A stretch of 64,000 nt of DNA from Chara braunii (GCA_003427395.1 BFEA01000015.1:4662153-4726152); one strand, 5' to 3'; positions 1 through 12,538 are shown, counted from the first letter of the stretch. The notes: generated by a model not told the origin, from the sequence alone. Numbers and translations: made by a program.

Positions 1-231
1 GCTACCAGAGTGCTCCGGGACCACTTGCTCGACCGAGCTAAAAAAAAAAAAAAAAATTATTTTATTTTCTATTTTAAATCTGGTAACGAATTTTGATGTG
101 ACCCTGAGGCAAAAGTTATTCAATTTATTTTTCTACATTTTTTTTTTTGGGGGGGGGAGACGTTTCCTGGCCCTTGCACGGCCGGACCCCTTGGAAAATA
201 GGCTGACCCGGGTGGCCCGGCTGGTAGTCTA
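1..231 (+). mobile_element. Non-autonomous TIR element, hAT-like family A (left end cut by the window edge)
   Basis: Starts GCTACCAG and ends CTGGTAGTCTA (TIR about TAGRCTACCAG). Internal motif AATTTYGATGTGACCCNGAGGCAAAAGTT is shared with the copies at 39781 and 54400. Confidence 0.6.
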
Positions 232-1750
232 GTCTGTTTGACGATATATATATATATATAATTTATTATTATTATTATTATTATTTTCCTTTTTTTTTTT
301 TTTTTTTTCTCTCTCTCAATTCATAACTGGTTTCAACCATGTCACAGAACATATCTTTTTCATCTTGCACTACCTACCTACCACTACTCCTAAGGCTATA
401 CGGGAGACCCCTCCAAGCATAGCTATCTACCTCTCTTCCGTGAAGGGAGGTTACATCTCTCGGTGGAGGGAGGTGGTTGCATGTTTGCTTCTTGCCCTAG
501 TGGTCTAGGGTGCAGGGTTGAGGACACCAGTGGGGGCCCGGCTAACACAAGGACCGAACGTTTGCCAGTAACTGCACCTGGCTTTTCATCTTTCCCCACC
601 CCTTTCCAGTAACAGCAGTGCTACAGTAGACGCTCTCCAACACTACACACACAACCCACTCACACTCGCACGCATGGCTGAAGACCCTACTAATACCGAC
701 CTGAGGGATCCAGCTGACTCTCTCAGTTGATTGGCAGCAAGTGTACAGCTGGCAGCCTTGGGGGTTGAACACACTACCCGCTGAATGCCACTTGCGTGCC
801 TAAGCAATTGAGCTAGGCCGCTGGATAATAAACATATTTTCAAAGGGCATAACGAATATTTCTTCCCAAAGGCAAGACCGGGCCCCTTAGGAGGGCTATG
901 TTCCCGGTGCCCCCGCGGTCGACAAATGTACTGGAGTGAGGCCCACAGTCCATTTTCATTTCACATTTTCATCCCTGCCAGGTTGGGGTGACAGATAGGC
1001 ATCGTAAGGGGACCCACCAGCTGCCGTCCATAGGCCTCGCTCCACTGTACATTCGTTCTAAATGTACCGAAGTCCAAATACATTGTCAATCTTCGATCAC
1101 TGCGAATGTATCTGGCTCATTTCGAGTCCAGATGTATGAGTTCAGATACGTGTCGAGTGTTGAGCAGTATAGCAGGGTTAATAGCAGCCCGGCGCGGCGA
1201 GAGGTCACTTGGCCGGTTAGTTTCGTCATTTCATTTCATCTTCATGTCTGGCTATCAATCGCCAGCCGAGAAAAACAAAACAGTGGGCCCCTGTAATAAG
1301 CTACAGTAGGGCCTCACAGCGGGGCTCACCGAATGTGAACAAGACAAAAACTGTAGCGGGTGTATCTACCCACGTTCTGCGAGGGGATACGCTCTCAATT
1401 TCTTACATATTCCGGGTTCGGGAGTTGTGTGGGGGGGCCCGGCGACAGTGGGGGGGGGGGGGGGGGGGGGGGGATTGTTTTTTTTTTTTTTTTGTTTTGT
1501 TTTTTTGTTTTTTTGTTTTTTGAAGACTTTAGCCAGATGCGTCCGCCAAATTTTTGTTTGATTGTTTCGATTTCAAAAGGCAAAGCAGACGGGGCACAAT
1601 TCGACCCCCGGAGGACCCCGGCCTCAGAAATTTCGGCTTTTGCAATGAATGTTGGATTTCGAAAAAAAAATAAAAATAAAAAAAAAATCGACCCCCGAAG
1701 CAGAACCTCTGGCAGCATTAGCCAGTTTCGCTTTTTACGGGACCAAGGGC

Positions 1751-1872
1751 GGGCGTCGCCACACCAGTGTCGAAATGTGCAAAATGAGAACGAACTTCCC
1801 TGTAGAACATAGCCAGATGCATCCGCCAAATTTTTGCCTTTTTCACATTTCGAGAGTGGTGTGGCGAGGCCC
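1751..1872 (-). mobile_element. 122-bp GGGC-ended MITE (family B, PIF/Harbinger-like)
   Basis: TIRs GGGCGTCGCCACACCAGTGTCGAAATGTG / CACATTTCGAGAGTGGTGTGGCGAGGCCC; internal segment is the reverse complement of that in 2286 and 11100. Confidence 0.65.
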
Positions 1873-2110
1873 CAAAAGGACCCCAAAAAACGTCAAATTT
1901 GGGAGGTGATCAAACTGGTAGATCGATGCTTACCCGGAGCAGGGGTGAATGGGGAAGTACCACTGCATGCAGACACAAAATCCTATTATACCAAAAAAAT
2001 ATAAAAAAATAAAAAAATAAAAAAAATCCTATTATACAAGCAACTGGTTGAGGTTATGCTTGGTCAAAGAGTGAGAGAGGGGGGAGGGGAGCGGCGAGAG
2101 AACGGGGTAA

Positions 2111-2220
2111 GGGCCTCGTCGCACTACTCGCCATCCGCCAATTTTTTGATTGCATGTGGACATCATTTTGTCCAGATGCATTCGAAATCTTGGCGGATGG
2201 CGAGTAGTGCAACTAGGGCC
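2111..2220. mobile_element. 110-bp GGGC-ended MITE related to family B
   Basis: ~31-bp TIRs GGGCCTCGTCGCACTACTCGCCATCCGCCAA / TTGGCGGATGGCGAGTAGTGCAACTAGGGCC; flanks TAA / TAG. Confidence 0.7.
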
Positions 2221-2285
2221 TAGTCAGGCTGACGCGGGCGAAATTTCGCTCCTCCGAGAATCGGGTCCCATTTGTCCTCGCTATC

Positions 2286-2407
2286 GGGCCTTGCTCCACT
2301 ACTGTCCACATGCAGAAAAAACAAAAACTAGAACGGTGCATCTTTACATGTACTAGCGGAAGATTCATTCTCGTTTTGCACGTTTGGCGAGTAGTGCAGT
2401 GAGGCCC
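2286..2407 (+). mobile_element. 122-bp MITE, family B
   Basis: TIRs GGGCCTTGCTCCACTACT / AGTAGTGCAGTGAGGCCC; 3-bp TSD ATC on both sides. Confidence 0.72.
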
Positions 2408-4040
2408 ATCGACAATTCGGGCAATTCGTGGCTAGCGCAGCCCGCCCGCGTTCGGTCTCTTGCGCACCGCGCACGCACACCGCGCGCGCGCTTGTCAACA
2501 TCCCCTGCGGGCAATTGCAAAATTGCGATTGCAAAAACAAAATAAAAAATAAAATAAAAAATTAAAAAAAATTGCGATTGCAAGAGCGGGGTCGGCTTTT
2601 TGCCGTTCCGCCTTTCCGTTTGCACAATTGCGCGGGGCGGTGCGATTGTTGTCTTTCATGTGAAAAAGAAGGAAGGGAAGGGCGCCTGCGTTTCGCGTAG
2701 CGGCACGAGCGACTAGCGGGAGCCGCAGAGTGGCAAGGTCCACGTGTGTGTGGTGGTGGGTACCGGTAGAGAGGGGCAGGAGGAGAAAGTAGGTAGCTGG
2801 CAGCGGGAGTGTTGTCTAGGTGGAGGAAGAAGAGTTATTACGCGGGGGATGCCGGTAGACTGAGATATGCGGTTTTTTGGTTTTGGTCGAATCGCGGGGG
2901 TTTAACTGTTATTATTGGAAAAAAAAAGCGGGAAAAGAGGAGAATGATCGTTTTGGCGGGCATGCTGTGTGTGGCAAGAAGAAGATGTTGTACCTAAGCG
3001 CCGACATAGCCGAGAGGGAGGGTATGTTACACTTGATGATGTTTCCTATAAGAAAGTGGAATCAGGAGGAGGGAACAGCAGATGAGCTCCGGTTCTTCCA
3101 GCCGCAACATTCCTCAGCCAGAGTCTAAGAAAGGTGTTTTCACCACCTTTCCCTTTCCTCTCTCTGTGGTCCTAATCACATCACATCTCCTCTCCTCTCG
3201 TCCAGCAAGAACCTACGGTAGGAGTAGGCTGAGTAGCCATCTTAGCTTTAACCCTCCTTGGAAAAATTGGCACCCTCCTTCCATTCATTCTGTCGATTAG
3301 GGACTAGTCTAAAATTTCACTCCCCTTGGAAAAATTGGCACCCTCCTTCCTTCCGGTCGAGAGTCTGCCACACGGCCGCGTGCTCTCATGTTCTGTTTCT
3401 CTCCTTCCCGTCGTTGCTGTCGTTCCCCTCATCCCGCTATCTTGGTATTGACGATTGGGAGAGACAGATTTGGAGGCGGAAGCGCGCACACTTCGTGTAC
3501 GCACGTGCGCGTAGCTTCCCAGCGAGAAGTCGTGTTCTTTTCCGGGTATTCGTCGTTTATCCTTGCCCCGGCTTTTTGTGTGCCTTGTCTTTGCAAGCTA
3601 AGGTTGCAGGACGCCCGTCTTCGAGCGCCCCCGTGCGCTCATTGATGTCCGTTTGAGGGAGTGTGAGTGTGTGCCATTGTGTGCTTAATTGGCTGTGTGC
3701 GATTTGTGTGCGCGCTATTCACAGGCTGCACTGATGAGAGCAGAGCCAGCAGCGCGTGTCGTAGTAGATGTTCTTTGCCGATCTCTTTGCCACGTGTCTG
3801 GGCCCGCCTTCTGCTGCCGGTGGTTTTGTCCAGCCCGGTGCTCTCTTCCTTCTATTGCTTCTTGTTTCCCCCTCTGTGTGTTTTCTTCGTCTCTCTCTTG
3901 CTCTCTGTCTATCCCGATGCGTATGGAGTGGGATTGACCAACGCAATTTGTGAGCAAGCAAAACGCCACGGTCGCAGATTCTCCTCCCTTGTCGTTTTTT
4001 CCCTCCTCCTCTTAGACATAGCAAGCGCGTTGTAGTTAGT

Positions 4041-4252
4041 CGGCCTCGTTGCGCCACCCTCACCAAATTTTTAAAATGGCGTGTATCTAGAAAACACACA
4101 GAGGAGGCCACCCGCATATGTTTTCTTCGTCTCTCTCTCTTTCATCGCGTTATGATTGAAAATGGCGTTATGACCTTTCTAGAAAGTGGAGAGAGGTCAC
4201 TCGCATATGTTTTGCCTTTTTGACAGTTTGAGAGTGTGGTAGAGCGCGGCCC
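4041..4252. mobile_element. Expanded family B MITE (212 bp) with internal duplication and filler
   Basis: Ends CGGCCTCGTTGCGCCAC / GTGGTAGAGCGCGGCCC; TSD AGT/AGT; block AAAATGGCGT...CGCATATGTTTT occurs twice. Confidence 0.55.
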
Positions 4253-5195
4253 AGTCTCGGTATCAATCGTGACTCGTCGCTCTCAGATTCCTCTGTCCCT
4301 AGCGGAGTTTTCTCTCGAGGATTTGTTATCTACTCGTCTATAAATAGAGAATCCCAATATTCCACTCATGTCCCTCAGAAATCGTAGTAGGTGTAATGGA
4401 ACGTATTATAAAACCCCTTTGCCCTGCCCTTGTGGTCAAATTAGGTGTCTCAGAATTACCCGGGCTACATGCACTTTCGTTGTCCCGTTTTTTCCGAGCC
4501 GATCTGTGTTTTCCACCATAGCTTAGGTCACTGATTAGCCACTACAGTAGTAGCGGATGGTTTTTTTTTCCTCTCCTCATTTATTTTCCCTGTGTGCTAA
4601 CGTTCATTTCCCTCTACACCGACGGCGTTCCCTCCTTTTCCTCCTCGACGGTGTAATTAGCTGCTCTCTCCCTGCGAGCACTGGAGGACGGTTGGGGCTG
4701 CCTCTCTCACCATGACTTCTTCTCAAGAAAATTCAGTGAAATAGCGAATAGGAAGGGGATATCGTGGCGTTTTCCCTCTTTGTCTCCGCTCTCTCCCTCT
4801 CTGTCTTTCTCTCTCTTTCTTTCTCTCTCTCTCTCTCTCTTTCATCGCGTTATGATTCTCAATCTATGTCGACTGTGATACGCGAACGAGGTCAGCGCCG
4901 TCGTTACGCGTGCGCTTGATTTCTTATCATGTCTCTTCTCTCCGCACTCTGCACAGGTTTTCCTTTACTTCGTGTGCGTTTTTTGCCCTCCATCAGGTCT
5001 TCAGGTTACACTCGATCTGTGTGAAGCCTTCACGTTGACGAGTTCCTTGGACGACTCTCTTTCACTTACTCCCCCCCCCTCGCACATACCCCTTCCGCGT
5101 CGAGGGGAGCCACTGACGTTGGGTCTCTTTCATATTCCACTCTCCTGCGGCCTTTAGCGCGCACCACGTTGACGTTATTGTCTCATTTGTGCTTT

Positions 5196-5258
<63 letters not shown>

Positions 5259-7243
5259 GGCCGCCAGTGGTGCGAATGAGCGACATTCCATCAACGCATC
5301 AATCAAGTCCCTGGTGAATGCGAGACAAAAGTATCACTTCGTTGATTATGTATTAGCAGATCACTGTCGGTCTATCCATTACATCCACGACGTATGTCAT
5401 CATGAGACTCATCTTTTCCGTCAGATCGAGATAAGGAGGCACTTTCCTTTTTTTTTTCTTGTCTCTCTTTCTTTCTCTCTCTCTCTCTCTGTCTCTCTCT
5501 GTCTCTCTCTGTCTCTGTCTCTCTCTGTCTCTGTCTGTCTGTCTGGTTGTCTCTCTTGCCTGCCCTTCTGCTTCTCTCTCTGTGTTCAGGGATACGATTT
5601 CGAAGACGGCACTGGAACCCCAGCACAGTGTCTTCATCCTTCCTCTCCATTGGAAGTGTCGCCCCCTTCTCGTTACCATCCCCCTGCTCCCACTGTCTTC
5701 CTACGTAGAAAGAAGGGACACTGCTCCCTCCCTCACTCCCTCCCTTTCTCTCTGTGTGGCCCTTCAAGAACCATTGACACTCGCTAGTGCTGTCTTGAAC
5801 AGCATGCTTACCCCACCGACGTATATTTGTTAATTGTTGTATCACCATTAGTCTCTTCCTTTTATCTCCCATTCAGAGCGGCTTTTGCAAGTTGTTTTCT
5901 TCTCTCGCAAATCACTTTTCGATGGTGTGGCGGTTTAGACAACGTCAAGGGATTATTGATATATCTGGAGAAAAAGACAGCTCAATCGGACAATTTTCTT
6001 TCTTTTCTATCATTTGGGCTCATTGTCATCATTATCATCATTAGCAATCATTAGCGATCATTATCAATCATTATCATGATTATCATCATCGATATCACCA
6101 CCACCAGTATCACGATCACCACTGACTTGCGCACATTCCCCCCGGTTTCTGTCTCTGGTGCCATTCATTGATTCATGCCAAAATTCACTTTTCATCTGCC
6201 AAAATTCGTTTGAAATCGCCACCTCCTGATCGCTCTTTGAAGATCACATACTTTAAATTGAGGGGGAAGAGAAAGAGGAAGGAGAGCAGGGGATAGGGAG
6301 AGCGAAGAAGAACAAATAGAGGGAGAGGAGGAAGGAGAGGAGGGAGGAGGGAAGAGGGAGAAGAGGACGAGACGGGAAGGACGAGGAGGGAATCAGAGGA
6401 TATACGAAGAGGAGAGAATAGGGAGTGGAGGGAGAGGGAGGCGAGGAGCACGAAGAAGAGAGAGAAGAGGGTGAGGACGGAGAAACACGAAGAAAGGGAA
6501 GGAGCTCGCGATGACTGGATATCAACGATAGCATCACTGCGGCTGTAGGCGGCATCCTCGTGGCAATCTCGTTCTGCGTTGATCTCTCACCCCTAGGCGC
6601 TCTCGTCTCTATACCGGAACACTGGCTTTCGTTTACCTGACACATACCCATATATATCGTCACACAGTGTATGTATACATGTATACATAGAGCGCCGCGA
6701 GATCTTACGCCACGCCCTTGTTGAATTAAGCATGACTGCTGTAATTGTATTCGAGTCCCTTTTTTTTGGTTTTCTTTAATATAAGTTAACCTCAGATTAG
6801 TGCAATCTATCCAGATCAAGCCAAGCTACTAGGGTAGGTTAGTACATTTGAACTCAGTCCATCTATCTCTAGGTAGAGGCAAGAGCTAGAGTACAGTAGG
6901 TTAATATATTTGCGCCGAATAGTGGTCAATTTGTTGCTAGGCACGAGTACTTCCTGTGCTCTCTCTGCTCCGGTTCACATCTCTTCACTGCTACCTGTCC
7001 TCTTCTCTGTAGAAAGTCAAGCTTGTTGTCGTTGCCTCCGCAGTATCGTCCTCCTCCCCTTACCCTCCCTACTCTGTTTTCACATCACGTCCTATCTTCT
7101 CTACTTGCTCTGTTTGGATTTGTTCAACAGTCTCACGCTTGCCGATCCGCCGGTCCACTTCACTTTTCTGAGGCTGAACGACACCCTCTAGGAGGCTTTG
7201 GGTCATCCTCCGTTTTGTGTGGCTCCGTGCACGAGGGGGAGAG

Positions 7244-7296
<53 letters not shown>

Positions 7297-7669
7297 GGCA
7301 GACCTGTAGTCTGTTGTTTTGTAAAAAAGAGGCCGAGACGTAACGGTGCGAAAGGAGGGAGAGGGAGGGGAGGGCGGCAGTGAGGAGGAGAGGTGTTAGT
7401 GGGGGAAAAGTGCCGCACTTCGTGTTTTTCGGCTCAAAACGCTGAAGGAAAGAAGGAGAGAGCGGGCGTGGGTGAGTGGGTGGGAAGGGGTTTGGACGAG
7501 GAGGAGCGAGTTGAGTAGTGGGACCGTCCAAGAAGACGATGAAAATGGGGAGTGAAGGACATGTGTAAGGGGAGGCAGAGGAGAGACCACGGTACAGGCG
7601 CAAGAGAGTCAGCAGAGGAGTGCGGAGTCCTTTTTCGCTTCTTTAGTGGTACTTTGAAAAGCAATAGAA

Positions 7670-8177
7670 AGAACGAGGAAGGGAGGGGCATGTCGAGGAG
7701 GGAAAAAGAGAGTAATGGACGACTTAGGGGAGACGGGGAGAAGCGGGGAAGATAAGGGGAAGTAAGTGAGGAAGGCAGTAACCAGTACATACCCAGTCGG
7801 GGTACCACCACGTCAGCACTGACTGTACCTTATTAATAGAAAGAAACGCGAAGCGAAGAACATGTCGAGGAAGGAGAATAGAGGGTAAGAGCCGGGAAAA
7901 GGAGGGAAGTAATCCGTACATACCCAGTCGGTGTGTGTATTTTGTCACCACTGATCGGTACCTTGGGCAATCGAAGAAACGAGGGAGGGAGGAAGGGGCA
8001 TGTAGCTGGGGGAGAATAGAGAGTAACGGACCGACAAAGGAGAGAGGGAGAAGAGGGAGAGAGAAGAGGGGAAAGCGAGGGCGAAAGAGGGTGAAGGGAG
8101 GGAGACAGAGGGGGAAGGGGGAAGGGAGGAGGTAATTAGTACATACCCAGTCGGTGTACCTGGTCACCACTGCGACC
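7670..8177 (+). repeat. Degenerate triplication directly upstream of the KEG ATG
   Basis: Exact 16-mer GTACATACCCAGTCGG at 7785, 7916 and 8139; each unit starts with a CATGT...AGAG(A/G)GTAA block. Confidence 0.75.
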
Positions 8178-9004
8178 ATGAAGCTGCCTACGTGTTCCGT
8201 TTGTCAGATGACGTACAATGAAGACGATCGCGCTCCGATGATGCTGACCTGCGGACACAGTTTTTGCAAAGAGTGTTTAGCACATCTCTTCGCGGAATCG
8301 AGCGATCATACGCTGCCATGTCCTCGATGTCGTCAGATCTCGAAGGTGGGGAACAGTGTGGAAGCGCTAAGGAAGAACTTTGGGATGTTGTCGTTGATAC
8401 GGCAGAGGGCGTCGGGAGGGTGTGGGCTGGAAGAGGAGGAATCGGATAGTGAAGAGGAACTGATGATGATGGAAGCGATGGGGAGCGGTGGAGGAGGTGG
8501 GAGAGGATATACGAGCAGCAGCAGCGGGAGCAGGTTCCCTTCGTCGATCGGCGGAAGCGGGGGAACTGGGGCCGGGATGGTAGGGGGAGGGGGGGTATCG
8601 CGGGGGACGACACCGTTGCTACAAAGTCCGGCCTGGTCTCCGGTGTGCAATGGAAGCTTCTTGGAAGTATCGGCGCATAATCTGCGTTTCATCAAAATGA
8701 TCGGCTCCTCTGCTTCGCGTCCGGGACAGGAAGTGTGGGTGGCTTTGCTGACGGGAAATGGGGGCTGCAGGCACAAGGTGGCGGTGAAGAAAATGGATAT
8801 GCCAGCAGGAGTGAACATTGAATGGATCACTCAGAGGGTGGACAATCTGAGAAGAGCGACGATGTGGTGTCAGAATGTGTGCACGTTGTACGGGGTTTGC
8901 GAGAAGGACGGCAAATTGTGCATAGTCATGGAAAAACACGTGGCGTCCGTACAGATGGTAATGCGAATGGGAGAAGGAAGACTGACCGTTGAGCAAATCC
9001 TCAG
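8178..9004 (+). CDS. KEG: KEG exon 1: RING-HC finger, acidic/Gly-Ser linker, kinase N-lobe
   Basis: ATG at 8178 (MKLPTCSVCQ...CGHSFCKEC...CPRC); VAVKK motif; ends EQILR with AG|GTGAGA donor, phase 2. Confidence 0.95.
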
Positions 9005-9010
9005 GTGAGA

Positions 9011-9130
9011 TTAATCAATCAATCTAATCAGTCCAATCAACAATCCAATCAATCCATCAAATCAATCAGTCAATCAATCAATCAATCAGTCAGTAGGTCA
9101 ATCAATCAATCAATCAATCGATCAAACAAT
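9011..9130. repeat. (CAAT)n microsatellite just after the intron 1 donor
   Basis: Imperfect AATC/CAAT tetranucleotide run. Confidence 0.85.
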
Positions 9131-10675
9131 CGCTGGATCGATGGATTGCGTCCGGACGTCTCCAACGTTACGCATCGCGACGTAACGATCTCTTCCCTAG
9201 CTTCTCCTCTTCTTTCTTCCTGTCCTGTTGCTGTTGCTGCTTTGGTCGTGGGGTCGGACTCCTGTGATATCTGCTCTTCTCCTTTTTCTTTTGTCGGCTG
9301 TTAGGACGTGCTGTTTTTCCTTTTCTCCCAGGCTGGTCATGTTCTTCTTTCTTTTTCTTCTTCTTCTTTCCTTTGTCTCCGGTACTGCCGCTCCACGACA
9401 TGCGTTTTCTCCTTTTCACCGTCTGCGGTCGGGCCTTCCTCCTTTCTGTTCTTATGTCTGTTAGTGCTCTTCCCCCCCGCGCAACCCCCCCCCCCCCCCC
9501 CGCGCCCCGCCTATCTTGTCCTTCTCGCGGACGAGGCTGCGCGACTTCTTCTTTGGTCTTTTTCTTCTATTAAAATGTTTATATTGAGAGCATTGTTGAC
9601 ATGTCCGTGGAGTTGGTGTAATGATTTCCATCTGGATCATGGACGGGCCTCGCTTTCTCCATTTTTTTTTCAATTTCTTGTCTTCATTCTATTTTTCCCG
9701 CACGCTTGGGGACATACCGGTTTACTGGTTGTGCCCATTCCTTTTCTTGTCCTGCTATCTCTTGTTGTTATGTTTCCGCTGTTGTTTTTTGGTCCTCTTT
9801 CTCATTCTTGCCCTTTACCGCTTACTGCTCACCGTTTTCCCTTATCCTGGGGACATATTTTCGTCACAACAAGTGTTTCTATCCTCTTCCCCTTTTTCTG
9901 TAAATGTTGCGTATTCTGGACACGTGTTTTCGTCGGGCGACCCACAATCCGTCTATCCTGTCCTTTTTCTGTCAGTTTTTTCTTGTTCTGGAGACATTTT
10001 TTGTTTGGACAACAAGCAATTAAGCAATGTGCCCGTCTGTCCTCTTCCTCTTTTTCTGTCGTCCACGGTCGGATAATACGTGGCTCCTCCTTTGTCGACT
10101 CTGTCCTGTTTCTGTCACTGCTGCAATCTCTTCCTTCTCTTTCTTCGTCTCTCCTGTTTAGGCGACTGCTTCTTTTGTCCGCTTCGGTCCACCTCTTTTG
10201 TCGTCAAACTTGTCTGGTCTTCTCTCCCTGTCGCACCGTGGGTTTTGTTTCCGCGGTCTTCTTTTCTCGTCGTAGATAGATCCAACTTGCATCTGCCGAA
10301 TGATGGCGCAGGTTCAGGGTTCAAATCCCTTTTTTCCGCTCGTTCTCGTTCGAGCAAAGACCCGTGTGTCATACACAGCACCTGGCTTCAAATTTCTTCC
10401 TTTCTTCTGTTTCTGTTCTTAAACCAGGACTAGCCTTTTGTGACCTGGTCTGTAGAACAGGTGCGGACACCTGCAGATTGCAGAAAAGAACGATGCGGTA
10501 AGATCCGCCTTCTTCCCCCCCTTCTCCCCCCGTCCTTTCTCTCCCCTCTTTCCTCGCCTCCCTGGCTCTTGTCTCTCTCCCTCTGTCTCCATTTCCTCTA
10601 TCTTCTTATTTTTCTCCGTTTTGATTCGCAGCCTTAGGGAAAGGCGTAGGAGATACAATCCAACAGGTCACATCT

Positions 10676-10753
10676 GAAAAAGTGGATGCTTCCTTTTAAG
10701 GGAAATTAAAAGGAGAAAAAGTGGATGCTTCCTTTTAAGGGAAATTAAAAGGA
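10676..10753. repeat. Perfect 39-bp tandem duplication
   Basis: GAAAAAGTGGATGCTTCCTTTTAAGGGAAATTAAAAGGA twice. Confidence 0.9.
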
Positions 10754-11099
10754 GAGTCCTGGGGATTTAAACTGGTCGTTGGTGGTTTAAGTCACGTTAT
10801 GTTTTCCTCTTCTCCTCTCCCGCATGTATTGGCGCTTGCCTCCCTTTCCTCTGTCCTTTTTCTTTGTTCTTCCATAGCTGGTTTCTGCTGCTGTTGCCAT
10901 GCTCCTATTGCATCCCTCTTAATCGCCCGCCCCTGTTCACGCCCATACTGACCCACGTACTAGTAGTTGCTCAGTAGAAATTTATAAGAAAGTAATTTAC
11001 TAAACATTTACTACGGTAATAAAAGTAACCTTCCTCCATCAACAGCGGGCACCGGCGTTTCTTCTTCGTCCTTCGACACGAGCGGTCTGTTATGACTAT

Positions 11100-11221
11100 G
11101 AGCCTCGCTCCACTAGTCACCACAGGCACAAAAGACGAACAATTTGGTGGTGTACCTTCCCATGTTCTGGCGGAAGATTCATTTTCATTTTGCATTTTGG
11201 GTGAATAATGGAGCGAGGCCC
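11100..11221 (+). mobile_element. 122-bp MITE, family B
   Basis: TIRs GAGCCTCGCTCCACTAGTCACC / GGTGAATAATGGAGCGAGGCCC; TSD TAT/TAT; internal GCGGAAGATTCATT shared with 2286. Confidence 0.72.
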
Positions 11222-12433
11222 TATGTATTGTCGCATTGCTAGTATTACTCTCTGTCATCCTATTACTATTACTATGTAACGTAATAATGACGTGTACATT
11301 ACGTTGTTCCCTCCCCCCCCCCCCCCCCCTCCCCCCCAAAAAAAAAAAACGGTTTTTGCGTGTCATTGCTCGCCGAACGGCCATGCCAATTGTTCCCATG
11401 TTAATGGACGTTCCGAAGGACATGGTACATTATTGAGTAACAATGATGTTAAATGAATATTCAATATACATTTTAGTAGTATTGAATATGCACATGTTGA
11501 TTGGCAATGATTGCATCTTTTGTATATAAGTGTAATGATACATAATTGTGGTACACTTAACTTACTAAAGACAATGGTGTTAACTCTACGTATGTTATGT
11601 TAATCTCAACGGAGTTTTTATTCTTTGGTGTAACATACAAAAGAGAGAAGGGGTTGATGAAATAATCGGGCACTTAAAAAAAATAAATAAATAATCGGGC
11701 ACTGGAAAAGAAACTGGAAAACGGAAGTTTCGTGTCTCTGTGGGACCGCTTCCTTTCGTTGTCGACTGTTTCGTTTTTCGGCCTCGAAAGCTTCTTTGTC
11801 AAATGTCCGAACTTGTGCAGCAGAGTTTGGAAGATGATCGCATTGAGCTGCTCTGCTGATATGATTGGACGTATCTCACATGCAAAGCCACATAGTCTTG
11901 TGATGAAAAAATAAAGGTATGACCGTATGAGCGGAAAAGTCGTCAATTTTTTTTGCGGAAAATCTGGAAACGAGTTTCGTAATTCGAAAACTCTGAGCGG
12001 AGAAAATTGCCACAAAACTAAACTTTGCCCAAGAACTGCAAACTCGGAGCTGTACCGAACTTCCTTTTCTTTTTTTTTTTTTCTTTTTTTTTTTCTTGTT
12101 TTTTTTTTTCTTTCTTTTTTTGTTTTTCTTTTCCCCCTACGAGTACGTGCAACCAACGTAGGGGGGGGAAAAAACAGACAAAACCAACGGAGTTTTTTCT
12201 TTTTTTTTCTTTTTTTCTTTCTTTTTTTGTTTTTCTTTTCCCCCTACGAGTACGTGCAACCAACGTATAGACTTGACCCCCGTTTCCTTTCCCCCCCGCG
12301 CTCCTCCGCCCGCTCGGCTCTCCCCCCCCCTCCCCCCTCCCCCGGCTTCCGCGCGCCCCTTAACTCCATTGTTTCGATCTTGCGCGTACATTGTATCGAC
12401 TTGTCTTTTTCTTTCCGTCCAAAAGCAATCCTA

Positions 12434-12538
12434 ACGTCCTTTCCCGAACACAAACATCCTTAAGCAGCAATGGATACAAGGTATTTTTCCAGTTCGATAC
12501 AGTCAGGAGGAGGATGGGTTGTGTTCGGGGGAAGGCAG
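12434..12538 (+). mobile_element. 105-bp MITE, family C (Tc1/mariner-pogo-like)
   Basis: TA|ACGTCCTTTCCCGAACACAA ... TTGTGTTCGGGGGAAGGCAG|TA; core similar to the 14080 copy. Confidence 0.7.

Noticed and set aside
674-855. Stop-interrupted reading MAEDPTNTDL...RPLDNKHIFKGHN, reminiscent of a gag N-terminus
   Set aside because: Too short and decayed; no LTR or PBS could be assigned
1926-1953. ATGCTTACCCGGAGCAGGGGTGAATGGG resembles the 5' end of plant U1 snRNA
   Set aside because: Only ~28 nt with mismatches and gaps; no downstream U1 stems or Sm site; could be chance
8154-8177. ORF-track start at 8154
   Set aside because: This is a GTG; the eukaryotic start is the ATG at 8178, which matches the KEG N-terminus (MK.P.CSVC)
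9308-10279. 323-aa hydrophobic ORF
   Set aside because: Product of pyrimidine-rich intronic DNA with few stop codons; no ATG start and no domain
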